DNA from: Cystobasidiomycetes sp. EMM_F5
Lineage: Eukaryota
Length of the DNA: 64,000 nucleotides
NCBI GenBank assembly: GCA_051047955.1
Contig: JBPGPT010000033.1
Span: 1 to 64,000 of the forward strand
Direction: 5' to 3'
Under the pieces are notes generated by a model, which did not search any database, was not told the origin of the DNA, and worked only from the letters and a program-made list of their open reading frames with translations. This document shows, one piece after another, positions 1 to 13,600 of this stretch (within the stretch, counting starts at the first letter, position 1; every line of letters starts with the position of its first letter). The translations under genes and the position numbers were made by a program.

Positions 1-64
<64 letters not shown>

Positions 65-380
65 TCTCTCTTTCTCCTGTTCTCTCTTCGACTCTTTCTC
101 CCTTACTCCCTTTCTTTCTCCCTTTCTCTCTTTCTCTCTTTCTCTCTTTCTCCCTTTCTCTCTTTCTCTCTTTCTCTCTTTCTCTCTTTCTCTCTATCTC
201 TCTTTCTCTCTTTCTCTCTTTCTCTCTTTCTCTCATTCTCTCATTCTCTCATTCTCTCATTCTCTCATTCTCTCATTCTCTCTTTCTCTCTTTCTCTTTC
301 TTTCTTGCCTCCCGTCCTCCCCCTTCCCTTCCCCCTTCCCTCTCCTTTCTTTCTTTCTCTCTTTCTCTCTTTCTTCTCCC
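1..380 (+). repeat. CT-rich microsatellite/low-complexity tract ((CTTT)n, (TTTCTCTC)n, (ATTCTCTC)n) inside a FAS1 intron
   Basis: Tandem CTTT at 1-60, then TCTCTT-type and CATTCTCT-type octamers. No AG occurs on the + strand until the CAG acceptor at 525-527. Confidence 0.95.
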
Positions 381-527
381 TTATCCACCTATCACGACAT
401 TTTCAATCATTGTCATCTCCACCTGATTCAAATCGCTATCTCCTCCTCCCCCTCCCTTTTGCTCCGCTGTACCGTCTGCCTTTCCCTGCTCTGCTGCGTG
501 ACATTCATTCGCACTTTTGTCATACAG

Positions 528-3500
528 TACCTCTACGACGTCTACTCTCCTCTCTTCACCCAACTCCTTTCGGCCGCACAAGAAACGCTCTCCTCCCTCG
601 CCAAACAACACTCGTCTACCCTTCTCTACTCCTCCGACCTTTTGCCATTGCAATGGCTGACGTCTCGCATCACGCGTCCGAGCGTAGCTTACCTCGCAAC
701 ATGTTGTGCCTCCCTCCCTCTCATCGGACTAGTTCAGCTGTGTCAATTCATGACGACTGCAAGACTTCAAGGCTTCACTCCGTCTGCTGCTGCAAAACGT
801 CTATCGGGCGCAACAGGTCACTCGCAAGGTGTAGTCACCGCGGCGGTCCTTGCCATGGGAGGAGACGACTGGGAAGCCTACATTCAAAACGCCATGCAAG
901 GGTTGAGAGTGCTGTTTTATATTGGTCTGAGAGGGTGAGCATATTTGACTATATAATTAAAAGTCGTGCTTCACTTCGCTGATACTCGTAAACTATTTCA
1001 CAGAACTGAAGCCTTTCCACCTCTATCCCTTTCCCCGCAAACAGTCGCTGCGTCCATCGAGTCGGGCGAAGGTATACCCTACCCAATGCTGGCAGTCACT
1101 GGACTCTTGCAATCACAGCTCGAGCCAAAGATTAAACAGACCAACGCCTACCTAGAAGAGGCAGGAAAGGGCAAAGTTGAGATTTCGCTCTACAATGGCG
1201 CCCGAGCGTTTGTCGTTTGCGGACCGCCGGCAAGCTTGGTAGGTCTCGTCAACAATCTGAAGAAGAACAAGGCAGAGAGCGGCAAGGATCAATCAAAGGT
1301 GCGTTGTTGATAAATCGAGACTCTAGACTGCTATTGACAGAGTATCTCTGGATGTAGACCCCACACTCTAAACGCCTGCCCGTGTTTAGCATGCGCTTCC
1401 TTCCAGTCGGCGTACCCTACCACTCCTCTTATCTCGAGTCCTGCACTTCCACTGCCATGTCACAGGACGTAGATGCCGAATTTGCATCGTTCTGGCAACG
1501 GAGTAAATTGTTGATCCCAGTGTACAATACGGAAACTGGACGTGATTTGCGAACGGCGTCGTCTGAATTCGGAGAGGAAGAGCTGTTGAAAGAGCTGTTT
1601 CATCAGATCTTCTCCAGCAATATCCACTGGAAGGTCGCTACTCGCTTCAACGATGACGCGTCACACGTCGTCGACTTTGGAACTGGCGGTTTGTCGGGTA
1701 TCGGCTCCCTTACTGCCCGAGAGAGCGAGGGTAAAGGGCTGCGAGTGGTCCTTGCGTCTACTGGTACCAACGGCCGAAATACACAAGAAGTATATTCTGC
1801 GACATCGCTCAAGACGGACACCAAGTGGATGGGTAGGTTTGGACCTCGCCTCGTCAGAACAAGACACGATGGCAAGATTCATCTCGATACAGCCATGTCA
1901 CGGTTGTTGTCTAAACCCCCTCTCATGGTTGCGGGGATGACGCCTTGTACAGTCATGGCGGGCTTCAATGCTGCTGTTGCCAATGCCGGATACCACATTG
2001 AGCTCGCGGGAGGCGGCCACTACAATGCACGCCGCCTCAGAGACAAGGTATCGGAAATCATCTCAAAGTTGGAAACGCCCGGCATTGGCATCACGTTGAA
2101 TGCGCTATACATCAACCAAAGGCAATTCACCTTTCAGTTGCCCGAATGGATAAAGATGAAGAGCGAGGGTATACCTGTCGAGGGACTCTGCGTTGCTGCG
2201 GGTATCCCGTCTACTGAGAATGCGACAAACATTCTCACTCAGCTGCGTGAAGGTGGACTCAAGCATGTATCTTTCAAGCCCGGCTCCGTCGAGGGAATTC
2301 GACAAGTCGTCAATATCGCCGCTGCAAATCCCGATTTTCCAATCATCATGCAGTGGACGGGCGGCCGTGCTGGCGGTCACCATTCATGCGAAGACTTCCA
2401 TCAGCCAATCCTGTCCACGTACGCTTCCATCCGTCAACAGGACAATATTGTGTTGGTCGGTGGATCAGGTTTTGGAGAATCGCAAGCGAAAGATGTATGG
2501 CCGTACCTCAACGGCGAATGGGCTACAAAATATGGCGCACAGCGAATGCCGTTTGATGGCTTCTTGTACGCTTCCAGAGTCATGGTCGCCAAGGAAGCAC
2601 ACACTTCGCTTTCTGTCAAGGAGCTCATTGTAGCTGCTCCAGGTGTCGGTGACGACAAGTGGGAAAGTACGTACGACAAGGAGACGGGTGGAATCATCAC
2701 TGTTACTTCTGAATTGGGTGAACCAATCCACAAAGTCGCGACCAGGGGTGTCAAGCTATGGAAGGAGTTCGACTCTACGGTCTTTGCTCTTCCTCGCGAG
2801 AAACGCGCCGCATGGCTTGCGGACCGCAAAGACTATGTCATCAAGCGTCTCAACGCTGATTTCCAGAAGCCGTGGTTCGCTGCCAAAGCCGATGGAACAG
2901 TGTGCGATCTCGGAGACATGACGTATGCTGAAGTCGCGTCGAGGATGGTACGGCTGATGTATGTCGCGCACGAGAAACGGTGGATCGATCCAAGCTTGCG
3001 TAACCTGACTGGAGACTGGCTCAGGCGGACGGAAGACCGTCTGTCCGAGGTCAATGACTCTACCACCCGCGCATCAGCGCTACAATCTTACAACTCTCTC
3101 AATGATCCACAACCATTCCTCGAATCCTTCTTTGCAAGATATCCCGCTGCGAAATCGCAAATTATTGCATCGGAGGATATTGCCTACTTTTTGGCAATCT
3201 CGAACCGACCGGGCCAGAAGCCGACTCCATTCATACCTGTACTGGACGCAGATTTCGGCGTGTGGTTTAAAAAGGACTCACTATGGTTTGCAGAAGACGT
3301 GGAAGCCGTGTTTGACCAAGACCCTCAGCGTGTCTGCATTCTCATGGGACCAGTGGCCGTGCAACACTGCAAGCGTGTTGATGAGCCTATCTCGGAAATG
3401 TTTGGAGGCATCAAGGACAGTTTAATCAAGAATGTCCTTGACGAATTTTACGGAGGTGACGAAAGCAAGGTGCCAGAGGTCGAGTACCTAGCACCACCGA

Positions 3501-3856
3501 GCAAGAGGTTTGGGGCGCCAGCACCCCAGAGGATCGAAGCCGACGTGCTCAAGTCTTCCTACAATATCAAGCACACTACGAAACCAGGTGACAAGCCAGC
3601 CAGCACCACCCACATATACGAGATTGACGGCATTTTGCCGCCGACAAACGAATGGCTCGAGCACCTCAGTGGACCAAAACTCGACTGGCTCCGGGCCTTC
3701 CTGACTTCTGTTAATGTTGCGCAGGGCAAGCACGACCTTGTCGACAATGGCGCAAAGAAGCTCTTCAAGCCGAGGAATGGTCAGAGAGTTGAAGTCACGC
3801 TTGACCAAAACGAGAGACCGCTCAAGGTGGCAGTCTTTGGTGCTATTCGGAATTAG
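528..3856 (+). CDS. FAS1: Fungal type I fatty acid synthase beta subunit (AT + enoyl reductase only); 5' part lies upstream of the window
   Basis: Exons about 528-934, 1004-1298, 1358-3856. AT motif GATGHSQG and RFLPVGVPYHS. ER motifs PLMVAGMTP, HIELAGGG, QWTGGRAGGHHS, GEPIHKVATRG, FKKDSLW. Stop after GAIRN at 3856. Confidence 0.95.
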
Positions 3857-4144
3857 GGCACTGCAGGTACCTGCGCATGTCCAGCGCCATGTGGTCCTGG
3901 CACACGACACAGTCCGACAGCTTACGATACATTATACTGAACGCGAGCCATAATCGCCAGAGAAACATGGACAACTCTACATGTACAAATAGACGGCTGT
4001 CCCGCCTGGCTTTGCGGCTGTTGCCCGCAGACTGCAGTCGCCGAAGGGTGTTGTATGAGCGTAGTGTAGTCGATGCAATCAAAGAGCAGTCTCATACATG
4101 GCAAAGTGATTATTGTTGAACGTCTTGCTGAGACTTGGCCCGCA

Positions 4145-4396
4145 CTGATTACGTAATCAGCAGGGTGGAACGTGCGCAGACCATTCTCAGAGCTCGCTAG
4201 CCAGATGGACACCTGGCGTTGACTCTAAACTTTTGACTTCGAAACTGAGACAGAAGCTGCGACGACTGCCCGCGCACTTGGCTGGCCGTGCAACTTGACA
4301 AATCTGCTCGACATTGCCGTATCGCTGGAGCCAAGATAAAACCAACATTGGTCACATCTGAGGAAGAGCTGCTGGCGTAAAGAATCAAAACACGTT
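4145..4396. promoter_or_regulatory. VTC4 upstream region: 16-bp palindrome CTGATTACGTAATCAG and two CACGTT (Pho4-type) E-boxes
   Basis: Palindrome at 4145-4160, AACGTG at 4169-4174, CACGTT at 4391-4396. VTC4 is a PHO-regulon gene in yeasts. Confidence 0.4.
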
Positions 4397-4507
4397 GCCT
4401 AGCTACAAACGCACGCCGCGCCATACATACGCAATTACACTCTCTTGCCCAGAGCCTCGTCACATTCCCTCCCATTCCCATTCAATCTGCCCCTGATATT
4501 CTCGTAA

Positions 4508-7339
4508 ATGAAGTTTGGCTCTACCATCAAGCAAGGCTTGTACGCCGAGTGGGAGCAGTACTACATTGACTACTCTGGACTCAAAAAGTTTCTCAAGAAG
4601 CGAGCTGCTGCTCACTCATCAAATGCAGCCAGCAGTAGTAACGTCTCCGCCGATTCTGGGGGCGGATGGGATGACGCAGACGAGGCAGAGTTCATAAAGC
4701 GCGTGCAGGAAGAACTCTCAAAAGTATCACGCTTCCAAGAGGACAAGGTGGCAGAGTTACATGGCCAGATTGCCCTGTATTCGACCGAAGTACAGAGGCT
4801 AGTACGAGCGAAACAGCGTGGCGAAGATAAAGCAGATGATGAGGATGGCAACGGACACACGGTAAATGGCAGTGAACGCACAGCTCGACTAGGGGACGAC
4901 GAGGAGAATGTCCAAAGACCAGGCTACGATTCCGACGACGATGATGTCAACGAAGACGACGCAGAAGAAATTGAGCACCGCTTTGTTGAAATGGAAGAAG
5001 ATTTGGAAGTCCTCATTGCGGATGTCTACGACCTTGGCCGCTTTACGCATCTGAACTATACTGGCTTCATCAAGATTGTAAAGGTGTGCTTAGTCGCTGC
5101 CGTAGGTGTGCCGTTTTGACAGAGGCTAAGATAACGAATGTCTATGACAGAAACACGATGTTGGTCTATACATATGATACACTTTCTTGTGTCTTGTATA
5201 CTAAACACTGACGACATCAACAGAAACGGACAGGATGGGAACTGAAGGGCGAATTTGTCCGGCAATATCTGGAGAAGAGGCCATTTTATAAGGAGAACTG
5301 TAAGTATCCCCTACTGCAATCTGAAGTTTGTTCTGCTGACGAGTCATCTTTAGACGACGCACTCATAGTGCAACTCTCGAAACTTTACAATCTCGTTCGA
5401 ACCCGTGGCAACCCTGTTACTGGTGACAGCGCAGCAGGAGGTGGACAGAGTGCTTTCGTGCGACAGACCACCAAATACTGGGTGCATCCGGACAACTATG
5501 TCAGCTTAAAGCTCGCCATCCTAAAGCACCTCCCTGTACTGGTCTTCGATTCGGAAAAGGAGTTTGCGCCAGAGGATGCAGCTATATCCAGTATATACTT
5601 TGACAATGAGGCATTGGATTTGTACCTCGGCCGGCTGGAAAAGACTGAAGGGGCTGAAGCGATACGTATCCGGTGGTACGGAGGTATGAACGTCAAGACT
5701 GCTTTTGTAGAGCGGAAAACGCATAGAGAAGACTGGACCGGAGAAAAATCTGTCAAGGCCCGCTTTCCGCTCAAAGAGGACAAGGTCAATGACTATCTCG
5801 CTGGAAGACTCAGCATGGACGAGACCTTTGCGGCCCTGAAAGGCAAAAAGTCAGATAAGGATATCGACTCTATGACTAAGCTTGCACGGGAAGTTCAGCA
5901 GACTGTCAAGGACAGGAATCTGTGTCCAGGTATGTCCACACTCTCGGCCGCTTGTATCGCTGTCGAACTGAGCCGTTATCCCGGTTGTTTTGTGATAGTG
6001 ATGAGAACATTTTATAACCGTACCGCTTTCCAACTGCCTGGCGATGCTCGCGTGCGTATCTCATTTGATACAAATCTCACACTTGTGCGAGAAGACAATT
6101 GGGACGGACGGTCTCGAGCTGGACGGAATTGGCGCCGAATGGATATTGGTATCGATTGGCCTTTCGACCAGCTTCCCAAGGCTGACAAAGAGCTGTTCCC
6201 GTATGGTGTCCTCGAAGTTAAGTTGCAAACGCAGCTTGGGCAGGAACCGCCAGAATGGGTTAGAGAGCTCGTGTCGTCACATCTAGTTGAAGCCGTACCT
6301 AAATTTTCCAAATTCATCCACGGTTGTGCAACACTCCTGCCGAATCGTGTAGATCTCGTTCCATTCTGGCTCCCACAGATGGAGACCGATATCCGCAAGC
6401 CAATCTCCACCAAGAAATCGGCTCTGATCGAGCGGCCTGCCACGCATGCATCTCACACACCTACTACCACGTCGGATACCGATCCTGTCGCTATGCGATA
6501 CACCGAACCTCTGTCCGAGGACGAAGATGACGATATTGAGACGGGCGATCCGATGAGCAAGGTTGCTGTTGACGAGATGGGCGTGATCGGCCTGCCGGCG
6601 GACATGAAGAGCATGGCTGAAGACGCGAAAGCTTATCGAGAAAAGAATGCCGCCGCTTCGCAATACCTCGATCCAAATACTGCTTCGACCATCGTCGCGG
6701 CTGGTTCTGCTCCCAATGGCCAGGACCACATGAAACTGACGCCAAAAAATCTGAAGAAGATGCTAGCTCAGAAGTACAACAATAACGACACGTATGGGGA
6801 AGGATCGCCAGATATCGATCTCCCAGAGAATGGCAATACACCTGATTCGACAGGTCCGCCGAAGCAGGATCAGAACGCGTCTGCTATTCTCGACCCGAAC
6901 ACGACGCAGTTCGTCAATAATTTCACATATTCTGGCAAGCGTATAGCTGTCCCGGTTCGAGTGGAACCCAAGGTCAATTTCGCTCTGGAGCGGACTTTGT
7001 TAGTATGTTGCGCACTGCCGTTAGCAAACAGATCAAGCACTGACCTTGCCCCAACAGGCCTGGGTCGAATTTTCCGTCCTTATCAGCGCTATTGGTGTTG
7101 GGCTTCTCAATTTTACGGGCAAACACGACTCCATCGGATTCGCCAGCGCCATCACGTTTACTATCATCGCCTTAATCTCCATCGCCTGGTCTGGCGGTAT
7201 GTTCTTGTACCGGGCGTTTGCCATTCGTGCACGCAGAGCCATACATTACGACGATAGGTACGGACCAACCGGCATCGTAGTCGCTCTCGTCGCCGCTACT
7301 TTTGTCAATTTCGCATTAAGGATAACAGAGGCCCTGTAA
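4508..7339 (+). CDS. VTC4: Vacuolar transporter chaperone 4 (polyphosphate polymerase: SPX-VTC-DUF202)
   Basis: SPX start [13 protein letters not shown] and [18 protein letters not shown] domain [51 protein letters not shown] followed by 3 TM helices. About 5 introns. Confidence 0.96.
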
Positions 7340-7512
7340 TGTCGACTTCGTTTTGTCTCAAAGCGGGCAAGGGCTCGCCCAAAAAAACACGATCCAATCC
7401 TGCACACACATCTTATTGCTTGCATCGCATGATTGTGTTTGTGTCAACAACAGGGAAATGTACTGAAGTATGCTTGTGAGTAGCAACGACACGTTATCAT
7501 ATTCCAGTAAAC

Positions 7513-10454
7513 TTAAGCCTTAGTTGCCCGAATCGCCTTGATGACCGAGTCCAAGTCGCCAGAAACGGCCGATTCAGCAGGGTTTACTTTCTTAGATGCA
7601 GTGCTGGCTTTTGTAGCGTGTGACGACTGCTTGCCCCGCTTCGTGAACTTGAACAGATCTTCGATCTCATCGACTTCGGCAACCTTCTTACGCTTCTTCT
7701 TGCTGACCTGTGCCGATTGCTCCGTATTTATATCAGTCGCGTTGTTAGCCGCAACATCTATGACCGGATTAGACGGCATTGGGGTTCGACTTGCTTGAAT
7801 TTGTGCCTGCATATAAGCCTTTCTCTCATCCTCCAACTTTTGCTTGGCGGCTTGAGCGTAGAGTTCGGCGGGCGTTCCGCCTACATCTCTCGATTGCTTG
7901 TCGCGCCAATCTCGAGGATCTCGGCGGTATAATGGCAGATTAACTTTACGCAAGAAGTAATGGCCGAATTGGGAACCATGAAGCTGCTGCTCGTGACTCT
8001 GAAGAGAGTCGGCAATCTTGGCGCGTAGGAAAGGATCCGCCACGGACCAGCAGCGTTCGGCCACCCTCGAGCCAATGCGGTCGTCCGCGAGGCGGTGGTA
8101 GTGCCCTATAAGCCCCTTCAGAAAAGCCACCTGGTGCTTTCGAGGCACTGCGGAATTGTTTTCGTCTAGAAAGACGTCGATGATGCGAGACGCAATTGGA
8201 TCCGAAGTGAAAAGAAGTAGCCTGTCAATAGGCAGGGCGAGGATACTCTGTATAACAGGCGAGCCATGTACTCGCAACCATGCTTGCAGAAGAACAGCCC
8301 CTTGAGTCAAGAATTCAGGCTTGACAGTCAAATCGTTGAACGCGGGATTTCGGCGGAACAGCTTCGGCAAAAAAAGGCTTCAGCCTGGTGCTACAAGCAG
8401 TAACAAATATTGGAAGCTTGCTCACGGAAAGCGTCATAAGTAATAATCCGCAAGGCACGAGATGCTGTATCTCCTCGTCCGTCCGGATGTGGAACGCTGC
8501 TTTCAGCATCTGGGTCACCACAATCGTTAGCGACATCGAAGTAAACGCTTGCAAATCATGACCTACCTGTGACAAGTCTTTCTGACGAGTATTGAGCTCA
8601 ACGGCTTTGTCAAGCAGTATTTTCAGCGTTCCTGTGCGTGAATTTTCAATCATTCCCGATAGCGCCTCCTGGACTTCGTCAACGATAATCTCGAGCTGCT
8701 CTTTGTTGCAACGCTCCACAACGCGTATCACGACAAAATTGGCCACGGGATGACCTGCAAGTCGAGCGACGCGCGTTTGAAAGTAGCTCTTGAAGAATAT
8801 GTCGTAGATTGGCACTGGGCACAGGGAGACTAGGAGTTCTAATACGTGTGACGAAACAGTCGAACGCAGTAAGGTCTCGATAAAGTCGGATCTAGGTGGC
8901 AGGTCAGTATGCATATTTGCGCCTGCACGTGCCAATAATGTTAGTCTATAATGTTGGTCTATAATCAGCTGAAACATTGGATCGCGACTGACTCTGTTGT
9001 AGGATGAGACCGTCGAGCAGCCGATCCATCAGACTGTAGGCTGATTGAGATTCGTTGCGATCATTTTCCAATTCCAGAAGGATTTGCACGAGACCGGTAG
9101 CAACTGGATCGTCAGACTTTTGGCGGCAAGCTTGAGCTGCTGCTTTGCTTTGCTTTGGTTGACCATCGCATAAGGCTCTATCGATCGCTTCTACCAAGCT
9201 TGCAAGCAGAGTCGAGAATGGCACAGGGACTATCCGCGACTCTGTTCCCTTGCCCTTAGTATCGTAGTTTACAGATCCGGTTGTTGGCATGAAGCTTCGC
9301 ATCGCGGCCCCTCTTGAAGCTTTCCACTTTGCAGACTTCTTGCTTCGAGACATCGCACCTCTCCCATCTGCACTGCTCTGGCTATCGAATGGCAGTGGTT
9401 TGCCTGAGAGGACGAGGAGCAGCGTACGCAAGACATATGAACCATGTTGAGAGGTAATGAGTTCTGGGATCTTCGGCAGGAGTTCCTGGTAGGACAAACA
9501 TTACTGGGCCGTATCGAGAAGTGCAAAACAATGAGAGCGTACTTTGGTTATTGACATTATTGACTGAGTCATGCTAGGCAGCTCGCCGGTGTCGTTGGAC
9601 GACTCAGCCCTGCCGAAGGCCGGTCCTGCAGCAATCTTGCCCTTGCGCTACGTGGAGGTTTGTTTGCTCAGGAGACATCTTTGTAGCAAAAGAAGAGTCA
9701 TCCTACCTCTCTCTCCACTGTCTCTCCGCCACCAAGGATCAGTAGAGCCTGCAAGACGTGACTGGCGAAACGATCTTTAGCCAGTTCCGTATAGCTGTCA
9801 TCAGAGCGCAGAATGTCAAATGCAAGTTATAACCAGCGTAGTCTCGCACAGCTTACTCGCCAGTGAACCTGTCTGCCAAAACACGTCTAGCAAAGTCGTC
9901 CATGGAGAATATTAGGCGTTCCAGTATGACTGATGTTTCCGGATCTGCTGCAACAGCTGTCTCTTTGCCAGAGAGCTCAGTCAGAGCAGCTCGCAGGAGG
10001 AGCACGCGGTCTGTGAAAACAGCATAGAAAATTATGACGATTTGGATAATCAGCCGCAGGGCAGGCCAAAGGTGTCTCTTAGATGTCCCAGCGCACCGTC
10101 CATTTCAACATCTTCATTGTCGCCGTCCACATTGAGTGCTGCTGCTCTGCCGTAAGCTTGAAGCTGCTCGAGCTGTATGATTCTCTCCTCGAGCTGCTGG
10201 AAGTATGCTTTCGTGTCCGGATGTACAGCTGGCCATATCGACTCTGCCACTGTGTTGACAGCCGGTGTGCCATCCTGTGCGACTGCACCGTCTGCATCAA
10301 TGTCCGCTAGGCGTCCCTGCGATACTGTTGGCCGCGATGATGTTTCTTCAGGCTCGGGCTGGTCAACTTCGTCTGGCTTGGCGTAGACGACGAAAGTGTC
10401 GCTCTCCTTCTGCCGTTTGGATCGCTTGCCTCTCTTCCTGAACTCCTTCGGCAT
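7513..10454 (-). CDS. NOP9: Nucleolar protein 9 (Pumilio-repeat rRNA processing factor)
   Basis: Start MPKEFRKRGKR. VHPDTKAYF, GSYVLRTLL, SSHVLELL, HPVANFVV, LADDRIGSRVAERCW. Basic C-terminus. Multi-exon. Confidence 0.88.
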
Positions 10455-10639
10455 GGCTGGTTGCAAAGCAACGCCTGGTGTCGGTCTCCAGTTTCAGACT
10501 ATGGCTGATGACGTTGTCATTGCGGACTGGTACTTCTCACAACCCGACTTCTGCTTATATGCGGACTACTTCATACCACGTCGTATATGATGATACTGAA
10601 ATGCTGCCGATATGGGCTCCTAAAACTTTTGCTATGCGT

Positions 10640-13600
10640 CTACCAGCACATATTTAACGCTGGGTTCTTTTCGATTGTCCGTTGCCTTTGCTGATTGCGA
10701 CGGCTGCAACTGCTGGCAGTACAACTGACCCGCGACATCTGAGCCACTATGCTCGTCAACAACAGGGATGCAGACTCACAAAGTCCTTTTATCACACTTC
10801 TGCTTCGTTCAGAAGGCGCGTCCTGTCGCAGCCAAGTATATAGTTCAGTGCTTGCCTTGTGTCTGCCACCCCGAACGCGTTCGATGACTGAATGAAACAA
10901 ACAATCGGTCAGATCTGCATGCCATTGTGGTGGAGATGCAGGCTGACATGTGGATGCTGCCTTTTCCAACTCCGACTTGGACTCCTTTGTTCTGTGGGCT
11001 TCCGCTCTCGGCGAGTCTTGTGGCAGATTTTGCGTCTTATCGTCATAGACTCGCAGTGCGCGCAAGACAGCCTCGAGGGGCTTGTCCGGGAGTAGTCGAG
11101 CGATGAGACCAACAACCAGGCTACCAGCTCCGATGACAATACTGATTAACCAGAATTGAGCTGGAATAGGTTCAGTCTCGAAAGCTGCTCCGCCAAAGAA
11201 GACGATAAGAATCTGGCCACCAATCACTGACGGAGCGGAAGAAAGTCTTTATCAAAGCCCTCGACAATTTGCACCACTCAGCACTCACTAATGACAAGGA
11301 TGCTCAGCATCCATAGATTTCGATGTAAGCCTTGCACCACATTGAGATGATTCATAAGCTGTCTGCAATTAATGAGATTGAAGATTTGACACCAGACAAA
11401 AGTATTGAAGACGACAGTCCTGTGAAAACAGCGCTTAGCAAATAGCTTCTCTCCGATTCTTCAAAGGCTCGCTTGCTCACTTGAATTGCGTCTCCGTAAC
11501 TTGATCGTTGACAAATGGAGATAGTATGCGGGGACCCGTAAAGTGTAAAGCTAGCGTAATGCCAATCTGGTAAGCAGCCTCGAATATAATCATCTTGGTC
11601 ACTAGCGATGATGTGAGTCCTATATCTTCCACATCAATTTCAAACAACCTACTTGGTACGCGGATAATAGGGGTTGAGCGAGGTTCCGGTTTGCGTTGTA
11701 GCAGTGATTCGTCCGCTGGATCCGTTGCTAACGCTAACGCAGCAAATGTGTCCATGATGAGGTTGACCCACAATAGCTGCACAGCATTCATGACGCTACT
11801 CTCGTCGCCACCTGTCACTGAAGAGACGAAAGTGATGACAATAGCAGTTACGTTGACTGCCAGTTGGAACTGTAATCGATGAGTCAGTAGAGGCCATTCC
11901 CGACATAGAAATTATGCCGACTAGACTTGCCTGCAGGAATTTGCGAACAGCATCGCTAACACAGCGACCCCAAGCAATCGCACCGACCAAGCTTGTGAAC
12001 TGAAAATCAAATCAGCAAATGGTGCATTATGCGCCCTACCAGCAGCTCACGTTGTCGTCCATGATGATAACGTCACCCGCTTCCTTCGCAACTTCCGTAC
12101 CAGCTTGACCCATAGCGAAGCCAACGTCTCCGTCTTTGAGAGCGAGTGCGTCATTGGTGCCATCGCCGGTAACGCCTACGATCTGTCCGGCATCCTGCAG
12201 ACTCTTGACCAAGCTCTGTTTATCCTGAGGGAGCGAGCGTGCCATGACTTGTAGCTTGGGTGCCTTTTCGCGCTTCTCCTCGTCCGATAACGCTCGCCAG
12301 TCCTTCCCGGAAATCACTTCACCGCCATCGAAAATTCCACATTGTTTTGCAATGGCCCTGTACGCACGAAAAAGGTCAGCAACGAGGCATATCTCTTCGT
12401 GGCAAAGCCCACTTTGCAGTCAGCAGATTGTCGCCGGTACACATGATGACATGTACTCCAGCCGTTTGACATTTCTCGACCGCTTGCTTTACTCCTTCAC
12501 GTAGTGGATCTTCTATACCAGGAATCGCCAACAGTGTCAAATCCTTGGCGATGTCTTCATACTTAATGTCTTTGCCAGATTGTGCAGGCGGCCATTCATC
12601 AAAGTCTTTGTACGCTAATGCAATAGTGCGGAGACTACGAGATGCATACTTATTGATGAGCTGCTGGATCTTCTTTTGTTCGTTCTCGTCAATATCGTCG
12701 GCAACAGCTTCTTCATTTTCACCAGAACGCGCAGCATTGCTTTCGAGCTTAGCTCGCTTGGTACACAGACCAACAATGACTTCTGCTGCGCCCTTGATAT
12801 GCAGGCGATACTTCTTGGAGTCTTTGACCTTGAGACAGGTTGCCATGGCTTTCCGATCACTCGAAAACGGGACCATGTAGACCGTCTCAGCCTCTTCGCG
12901 GATGGTCTTGTAAGATTTCTCGGTTTGATCCGAAAAGTCGTGATGTATCATGCGAAGCAAAGCAGTCTCTGTCTTGTTGCCGACAAAGTTTACTCCTTCT
13001 TCGTCTTTGTTGTCATCGTCATGCTGACTATTGCCGTTCTGAGTCGCTTCAGAAGCCTTTTTGCCTTTGTTACCTCGATCTTTCGATTGTGTTTCCTCTT
13101 TTTCTTCTGAATCTGACCGCTCAAATGCTGTAGAATTGATAGCAATCGCCTCATCGAGAATAGTCTTGAGAGCTTTGTTGCCCTCGAAAAGCTTTGCAAG
13201 CTCATCTTTACTCTTCGCCTCGTCAACTAAATCACTAGCATCGTCCGGCCCAGGATCGGCTGATTCGTCGGCTCCTTGGTCAGACTGCCCGTCCTGCTCA
13301 TCAGGGGACAATTCAGCGGCCTTGGCGTCCTCTTTGCTCCTCAGGGTGAAAGCGGTCCCTCCTATCGTTCCCTCGACGACGCGCATCTCGTTTGCCGTTA
13401 CTATACAGGGACAGAACGATCGATTCAGAAAAAGATGCAATATAGAGAGCAATAATTGGGCGGGTGGGCAAGCAGACTTACGAGTTCCGGTTTTGTCAGT
13501 CACCACGACGTTTGCATTAGACATGGTTTCGCATGCTTCAAATACGCGGACCAGTAGATTGGCCTTCGTCATACGCTTAGTCGCAAAGGCGAGGGCCAAC

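Noticed and set aside
305..982. 225-aa Pro/Leu/Ser-rich ORF on +
   Set aside because: It is a translation of the CT-rich intron plus an off-frame read of a FAS1 exon.
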